The position numbers were made by a program, and so were the translations under genes. Below, one piece after another: positions 26,994 to 32,000 of a stretch of DNA of 32,000 nt; the first letter of the stretch is position 1; each line of letters opens with the position of its first letter. The stretch is from Desulfomonilaceae bacterium (GTDB taxonomy: Bacteria > Desulfobacterota > Desulfomonilia > Desulfomonilales > Desulfomonilaceae), in NCBI GenBank assembly GCA_052146735.1, contig JBKQMK010000202.1:4633-36632 (forward strand). The letters run 5' to 3'. The notes beneath the pieces were generated by a model. It saw nothing but the letters and a program-made list of their open reading frames with translations. It searched no databases and was not told where the DNA came from.

Positions 26994-27515
26994 TCAATCT
27001 CCGTCCGCATCATCAAGTTCTGCCCCCAGATCTTCCCCCTCGTCCCATTCATCGATCTGCGCTCGAGTAAATACGCCAAGCGCGTAGTAGAAAGCTGTGT
27101 ACCATGCGGGCATGGCCAAATTTCCTCGCGCAATCTGCCAGATCCCGGAAGTTACCAAACTCACAAAAATCAGGCTGGGGATATCTACTTCGCCGCCGGT
27201 CAAATGCTTGAGGCTTTGGTTATACCCCTGAAAAGTATCAGCCACGTTGCCAAACAGACTCTTCCGGCGCGGGGCGGATCGCTTCAAGAGAAACAAGTTA
27301 TGTTCCCTGGCAAACTCGACTATGGTCTTCCTTTGACATTCGTAGGAAATCAGGGCGCTCCCCGTCTGCGGATTCACCCTGATTTCGCCCACGCCGGGAC
27401 AGCCTGAAAGTCGCTCCCGCAGAGTGGAAAAATAGGAAACCTCTCCCCTCTTGGAAGGAATTTTGATCCTGAGCCTACGGGCCATCCCATGGGACACATG
27501 AGCATCGGGAATCAT
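26994..27515 (-). CDS. HMA-like (no CxxC) domain protein with C-terminal membrane segment and acidic tail
   Basis: GMARRLRIKIPSKRGEVSYFSTLRERLSGCPGVGEIRVNPQTGSALISYE, then IPSLIFVSLVTSGIWQIA..AWYTAFYYALGVF and DEWDEGEDLGAELDDADGD. AGGGAGG RBS. Confidence 0.7.
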   Translation of the reverse strand: MIPDAHVSHGMARRLRIKIPSKRGEVSYFSTLRERLSGCPGVGEIRVNPQTGSALISYECQRKTIVEFAREHNLFLLKRSAPRRKSLFGNVADTFQGYNQSLKHLTGGEVDIPSLIFVSLVTSGIWQIARGNLAMPAWYTAFYYALGVFTRAQIDEWDEGEDLGAELDDADGD

Positions 27516-27543
27516 TCGCCCTCCCTTTGCGATGTCTGATCCT

Positions 27544-27810
27544 CTACGCTCCCTTTCCCTTCACCGGTGCCAGCTCGGCCTGCACTTCAGATCTTGCCTC
27601 GGCTGCTAGATCCTCCACCACTTCAGCGACCTCGGCGATCATCTCTCGACTTTTTTCGTAAAGCATAATGCCGCCCTTCATGGCTGCCTTTGCCACCGGC
27701 TTCGCGGCGGCCGCTATCATGGGAATTACCACGGGGGCTACTAGTAATCCTACGCCGATCGCGAGACCGGTCCACAAATCCGCTTTAGGTCTATAATCCC
27801 AAATTGCCAT
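27544..27810 (-). CDS. DUF5132-like small membrane protein (paralogue 2)
   Basis: ORF 27544..27819. ATG 27810 is preferred: it is 9 nt after GGGGAGG and aligns with paralogue 1. MAIWDYRPKADLWTGLAIGVGLLVAPVVIP..VAKAAMKGGIMLYEKSREMIAEVAEVVEDLAAEARSE. Confidence 0.65.
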   Translation of the reverse strand: MAIWDYRPKADLWTGLAIGVGLLVAPVVIPMIAAAAKPVAKAAMKGGIMLYEKSREMIAEVAEVVEDLAAEARSEVQAELAPVKGKGA

Positions 27811-28129
27811 TTGACGCATCCTCCCCTTCAGTTATTCTTAGCACTACTCCCACCGTAATAGGTTAGCGCATTGTTCAGAATATGTCTACTTTGTTAGTGC
27901 TGTATTAGAGTTGTGTTAAAAATCGCAGTTCGGCAAACTTTTTCGGTAATCGTTCACCAGGAAATCAGTTTACCCGGTTTTGCAACGCGACCAATCTCCG
28001 CGCCGATCACCCAATGCGCTATGGACGGCTAATTTTCTTGAAAGGTCGCGATGTCTCCTCCGGGACCATGCCAAGAGCGGCCGAGGCAGGCTATCCAAGG
28101 TCGGGATCAATCAGGCTATCCGGCTGCCT

Positions 28130-28249
28130 TTATGAACATAGCCTCCACATGCCGGAGAATGAGACTGCGGTGAGGAGAATGAAAACCACGAGGGACGTGA
28201 TAACCACAACGGCAAAGCCCGCAAGCGCAATCACTCCAAGCCGTTTCAT
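28130..28249 (-). CDS. Candidate 39-aa single-TM peptide, not in the ORF track
   Basis: AAGGAGGAAAC, then ATG at 28249. MKRLGVIALAGFAVVVITSLVVFILLTAVSFSGMWRLCS*, with TAA ending at 28130. Confidence 0.4.
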   Translation of the reverse strand: MKRLGVIALAGFAVVVITSLVVFILLTAVSFSGMWRLCS

Positions 28250-28510
28250 GTTTCCTCCTTATGCGTGCTGAAAATCGAGCTAATAAGTCGCACGCATGCA
28301 GATTCCACATCCTGACTGGATTAGAGGCGGCGCGATGTGAGCCCAATAAACTGAGCTGCCCTGTTTCCGTCTCTGGCCAGAGATGCGAATTGGCTACACC
28401 ATTCTCGATCAGGAGTATTGGGCGAAGATTATGGAGAGATTAAAAGATCGTTAGGACAGAGAGACTTCGCGTACAACCAATGCGTTGTCGAACAAGAGAG
28501 TTCTCAAGGG

Positions 28511-29560
28511 CTATACCCGGTCTTCAACCACGTGAAAGGACATCGTGCACGCTGTTACCATGCTTCTTCCGGAGAATAGCAATCCGGTCCAACCGAGTGC
28601 CTGCAAAAATAGGATCACAGCCGGGTCCCACAGTGTCGCAATGCCCATGCCCAGATTGGCGGCCGGGATCAATCGTCCCGGAGCGCTCCAGCCAACCAAC
28701 AGAAAGACATACACGATCGCCGCCATGCTCATGATCTGATAGGCGCTAACCTTGCCACCTCCCCGGTAATCGGCTCTGAGAAGCTCGGATACGGGTCTCC
28801 AAGCTTGGGTAGTTACTATCACCAGGATGAGCGCCGCAGAATAGCACCCCTTCAAGTAAAGAAAGATTGCAGCAAGGCTTACAGCCAGGTGCAATATAGC
28901 CGTGATGGCCTGTATGGGAATAACTTCGGTTCCGTCCAGACCTCCTTCGTAGGCTATCTTCTTGGTCTTACCTGAAAAGACGAAAGGATGACGACCTACG
29001 ATGCGCCGAATCCAGGGCCCACATTGAGACAAAGGTTTTCCGTAGCAACAACCGAAGCTTATACACGCCAAACGTCCTAAACCTTCTCCCAATCCGTATG
29101 ATATGGAAATGGACGCAAGTGCAGGAATCATGGGAACAGGATTCTTCCACCCAGAGGCAATGTCAACAATCCACAAAATGGCTGGAGTCACCAGAAAGCC
29201 CACAAAGGATGCGCCACCTATTGTGAGCGTGTGAGGCTTCTTCTCGACTGTCCGTGCTATGAACTTTGAGGCAGGAAGACAGACAGTGAGGACCATGCAC
29301 ATAATTATCCCTGTCACAGTCGCGGACACTCCGATTGCGCCCAACAGAATAAACGTGATCGCCGCGGCCACCATGATCGCCGCGGCACTGAAAAATCCAT
29401 AGTATGTGAAATTTAATCCTCTCCACCTGTTTCCCTCTTCTTTGGCCACAGGAATCGTTGCCATGATTTGCCATTTTTCTTGCGGCAAAGTCTGGAAAGC
29501 CCACCGGAGTACCAATGCGAAAAAGATTGCCAGGCCCAACACGAACGACTCATCTGACAT
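28511..29560 (-). CDS. Lgt (prolipoprotein diacylglyceryl transferase) family polytopic membrane protein
   Basis: ORF 28511..29629. Start ATG 29560 follows AAGGGAGTGGTGG. GLGRLACISFGCCYGKP resembles the Lgt-family GR.GCF..GCCYG motif. 8 or more hydrophobic segments. LLRADYRGG near the C-terminal third. Confidence 0.65.
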   Translation of the reverse strand: MSDESFVLGLAIFFALVLRWAFQTLPQEKWQIMATIPVAKEEGNRWRGLNFTYYGFFSAAAIMVAAAITFILLGAIGVSATVTGIIMCMVLTVCLPASKFIARTVEKKPHTLTIGGASFVGFLVTPAILWIVDIASGWKNPVPMIPALASISISYGLGEGLGRLACISFGCCYGKPLSQCGPWIRRIVGRHPFVFSGKTKKIAYEGGLDGTEVIPIQAITAILHLAVSLAAIFLYLKGCYSAALILVIVTTQAWRPVSELLRADYRGGGKVSAYQIMSMAAIVYVFLLVGWSAPGRLIPAANLGMGIATLWDPAVILFLQALGWTGLLFSGRSMVTACTMSFHVVEDRV

Positions 29561-29644
29561 TCCACCACTCCCTTTAGATCGCTTTTGGCATGAAATGATT
29601 TGTGCATCCGTACGCAGCAGGCAGATCACTCAGAAGCATGTTTT

Positions 29645-30655
29645 TCACTCTCCTCGTGTAATGCTGGTGCCGATTGTAGATCGCACCTTCAAGTCGGTTT
29701 CCACCAACGGCCGGCCGAAGCCTATGGAAAACCGACTTTGCACGCCGTACAGACGCAAATTACGCAAAAGATCCTCTGCAAACTTAATCCGCCCCTGCTG
29801 AAACAAGACCACATCAGTGCTGCTACCAGGCCGATACTGGCTCTTGGGTAATCCTTTCCCCAGAAACATGCCCGGTTCCACCGGTCGTGGATTTTCGTAT
29901 CGGGTTTCGCTGTAGGCCTGAACGATGTCACCGATCATCAGAGCCACGACTTCTATCATTGCAACAAAGCCGACGCCTGTTCCGCCCTGGACGTCCGTAT
30001 CTATGATGGTGACTACGCGCCTGTTTTTTGAAAATGGCGTCACAAGAGCAACTACTGCACCAGGGTTGCAGGAATGATAGTCTCCGGGGATTTCAAATAT
30101 ATCCACCACTTGCCCGGCCACAGGTGTGTGGTTGTAATGATATTTGTCCGGTGTCAACCTGAAGACCGCAAAATCTCCATTAAGGAACGCTCTGTTCCAT
30201 TCCGGCTTGTCCCGACTGAGAAGTTCTTCAAGATCGAAAAACTTTTCTTTGAGAAACAAGCTGGAACTCTCGCTCAAAGAGCCGATTATGACCCTGGAAT
30301 CCGCCGGAGACACTACGGTCACCGGCCGTTCATCCATGGATCGGCACTCCCAATATCGGATTTGACGTTCAAAGACCTTTCTCAAGGTCGTCAAACTTTC
30401 GGGCTCAACGCATTCCGCTAGGTCTACGCCGTATTTCTTCAGTGAGGCCCCGGCCCGATTAGCGAGACGAGCATCGTATTGTATGGACGCGAGCAGCCGA
30501 GACGTGCGGGCGCTGGTGAGGGCTTTGAAAAGAAACGGAGCTCTTTCTCTGCATACTGAGTACATCAGTCGGACAGCTTTGTCTCCAATGAGCCTCTCGG
30601 TGCAAACCTTCCCGGACTCTCTGTCCACGAACTGGTGCTGCATGGCCGCGATCAT
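29645..30655 (-). CDS. psd: Phosphatidylserine decarboxylase family proenzyme (long type)
   Basis: VVSPADSRVIIG, FRLTPDKYHYNHTPVAGQV, and a candidate cleavage site YRPGSSTDVVLF. ORF starts at 30691. ATG 30655 lies 5 nt after the upstream stop. ATG 30643 is also possible. Confidence 0.8.
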   Translation of the reverse strand: MIAAMQHQFVDRESGKVCTERLIGDKAVRLMYSVCRERAPFLFKALTSARTSRLLASIQYDARLANRAGASLKKYGVDLAECVEPESLTTLRKVFERQIRYWECRSMDERPVTVVSPADSRVIIGSLSESSSLFLKEKFFDLEELLSRDKPEWNRAFLNGDFAVFRLTPDKYHYNHTPVAGQVVDIFEIPGDYHSCNPGAVVALVTPFSKNRRVVTIIDTDVQGGTGVGFVAMIEVVALMIGDIVQAYSETRYENPRPVEPGMFLGKGLPKSQYRPGSSTDVVLFQQGRIKFAEDLLRNLRLYGVQSRFSIGFGRPLVETDLKVRSTIGTSITRGE

Positions 30656-30659
30656 ATAT

Positions 30660-32000
30660 TCACAACCCCTTTGAAGCGCAGACGCTTTCATGGTGTACGG
30701 TGACCAGAACCAGGTCGATGAGTGCCTTCAACACTTCAAGAGACGCAACATCGTTAAGCACATCATTTTGAACGGTGGTGAGAAATTCGCAGACCCCTTG
30801 GTCTTTTGTAGAATATGAAAGGGCTTCTCTATAATCTCTTGCGGATTCGGCCGAGCCCGATTCCATCGCTAGAAGATCTTCGTGCAGGAAACGCAAGGCT
30901 TCGACCATGTGCCGTTTCTTCAGGACCGTCCTATAGTAGCGTTCCGAAGCCAGGTTGAATTCATCTGCGGTCAAATTCATGGGAGAGTCCGCACCGGTGG
31001 ACTCGAGTATGCCGCTAGTCAATTTTCCTGCGGCTGAAAATTCTTGGGGATTCTCCAGCCTGGCCTTGAGATCCTCCACAGTGTCTTCCAAATGAAGAGT
31101 TTCGATCAGGTCAGACGCTTCATGCATGAGGAGATCGACCAAAGCCAGCCGATATTGTCGGTTGTACACTCTCAAGTACCCAGGATAGCGTCGACTGTAT
31201 CGCGCTCCTCTCGTGCGTTTCATGATGCTTTTCATGAACAAATTTCGAGTGTCATTGAAAATAAAAAAAGTTGGCAGTCCGATAGCGGAGCCGAAAAACA
31301 TTTGCCTGCGTTCACTTTCCGTAAAGGGGTCGTCGGGAATGTGGGAATGCGTGATCTTGCCTTGAAGCACCAATTTGTAGGCCAGAGCGGTCACCAGGGT
31401 TTGCAGATTGGTAGCATCAGCCATGTCGTGCTCGATGCTTTCAAACAGGCTGTAATGACGTCCCTCGAATCCCGAGAAGCCTACCTTTCTGAATTCTCGA
31501 AGTCGATAGAGCAGGTAGAGTGACATTTCCTGGTCAAACACGCCCAGGTCGGAGAGGTCCTTTTTTAAGCGTTCTTCATTTCCGAGTTTGCCATCAAGTG
31601 CGGGGCTTCTTTCGGTGCTCCTCAGCGTGACCAGATAGTCGAGGAGCCTGAAATCAGCGACAAAGTCCCCTTTCACCCGAAAAAGGCGGCTAATTGTTTT
31701 GTCGAGAAAATCGACGCCGAAAGGTGTCACCGGCCGACCTAATATTTTCAGCGTCGCTTTATTTTTCCACCGCCGCCAGATCATTCTCAAATGGGTGTAG
31801 TCAAGTTCGTGAGGCAAAAAGCCGAGAACCTTTTCCGGATGAAAATCTACGAAATCGAGTCTGTACGGCGCTGCGCTGTATGTCCCCACGAAGAGCGGGA
31901 GAAAGTGTTCTACTATCTTGATTACCAGGTCCCCCAAGAATTTTTCATGAGCCGCTGTGAATCCCGAAGTTTCGTCTGCGAGATGGGCTGTGAGCTTGGC
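30660..32000 (-). CDS. Large conserved-looking hypothetical protein, C-terminal 446 aa; N-terminus beyond the window
   Basis: The track starts it at TTG 31937, but the frame stays open through position 32000 (AKLTAHLADETSGFTAAHEKF-LGDLVIK...). No motif recognised. The stop lies 5 nt before the psd-like ATG, suggesting an operon. Confidence 0.6.
   Translation of the reverse strand, partial: AKLTAHLADETSGFTAAHEKFLGDLVIKIVEHFLPLFVGTYSAAPYRLDFVDFHPEKVLGFLPHELDYTHLRMIWRRWKNKATLKILGRPVTPFGVDFLDKTISRLFRVKGDFVADFRLLDYLVTLRSTERSPALDGKLGNEERLKKDLSDLGVFDQEMSLYLLYRLREFRKVGFSGFEGRHYSLFESIEHDMADATNLQTLVTALAYKLVLQGKITHSHIPDDPFTESERRQMFFGSAIGLPTFFIFNDTRNLFMKSIMKRTRGARYSRRYPGYLRVYNRQYRLALVDLLMHEASDLIETLHLEDTVEDLKARLENPQEFSAAGKLTSGILESTGADSPMNLTADEFNLASERYYRTVLKKRHMVEALRFLHEDLLAMESGSAESARDYREALSYSTKDQGVCEFLTTVQNDVLNDVASLEVLKALIDLVLVTVHHESVCASKGL

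Noticed and set aside
28014-28346. Track ORFs 28014-28271 (+) and 28116-28346 (-) in the spacer upstream of the pump operon.
   Set aside because: They have no RBS or recognisable content. The short 39-aa minus-strand ORF with a perfect SD (28130-28249) explains this region better.

Overview
Densely coded chromosomal window of moderate GC with genes on both strands, dominated by phosphorus acquisition and membrane or lipid functions. No rRNA, tRNA or CRISPR array was found.

Left to right:
- 1-995 (-): N-terminal part of a molybdopterin oxidoreductase. It runs off the window and is missing from the ORF track.
- 996-1895: about 900 bp with no convincing coding.
- A hybrid PAS histidine kinase with a receiver domain.
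- Two tandem PstS-family binding-protein paralogues, separated by a decayed IS1380-like transposase fragment.
- A DJ-1/PfpI protein.
- An orphan canonical pstS.
- A four-gene cluster: SAM methyltransferase, small PSD-like decarboxylase, PHP phosphoesterase fused to a GT4 glycosyltransferase, and a TVP38/DedA membrane protein.
- A LysR regulator followed by ptxABCD, a phosphite ABC importer plus NAD-dependent phosphite dehydrogenase. A 62-nt operator-like module occurs in front of both the regulator and the operon.
- About 20.8-28.3 kb, the locus I consider most novel (details below).
- A minus-strand operon: a large unknown protein that runs off the window, a second PSD-family decarboxylase, and an Lgt-family membrane protein.

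The 20.8-28.3 kb locus centres on a SERCA-like P-type ATPase with an N-terminal cysteine-less HMA-like domain. Around it are:
- two further stand-alone HMA-like proteins;
- two DUF5132-like paralogues;
- several tiny membrane or acidic proteins, two of them too short for the ORF track or mis-started in it;
- a divergent MetK-like gene whose ATG overlaps the ATPase stop codon. Both of its SAM-synthetase signature motifs are degenerate.

All homology statements come from reading the translations and recalling family motifs. No database search was run.
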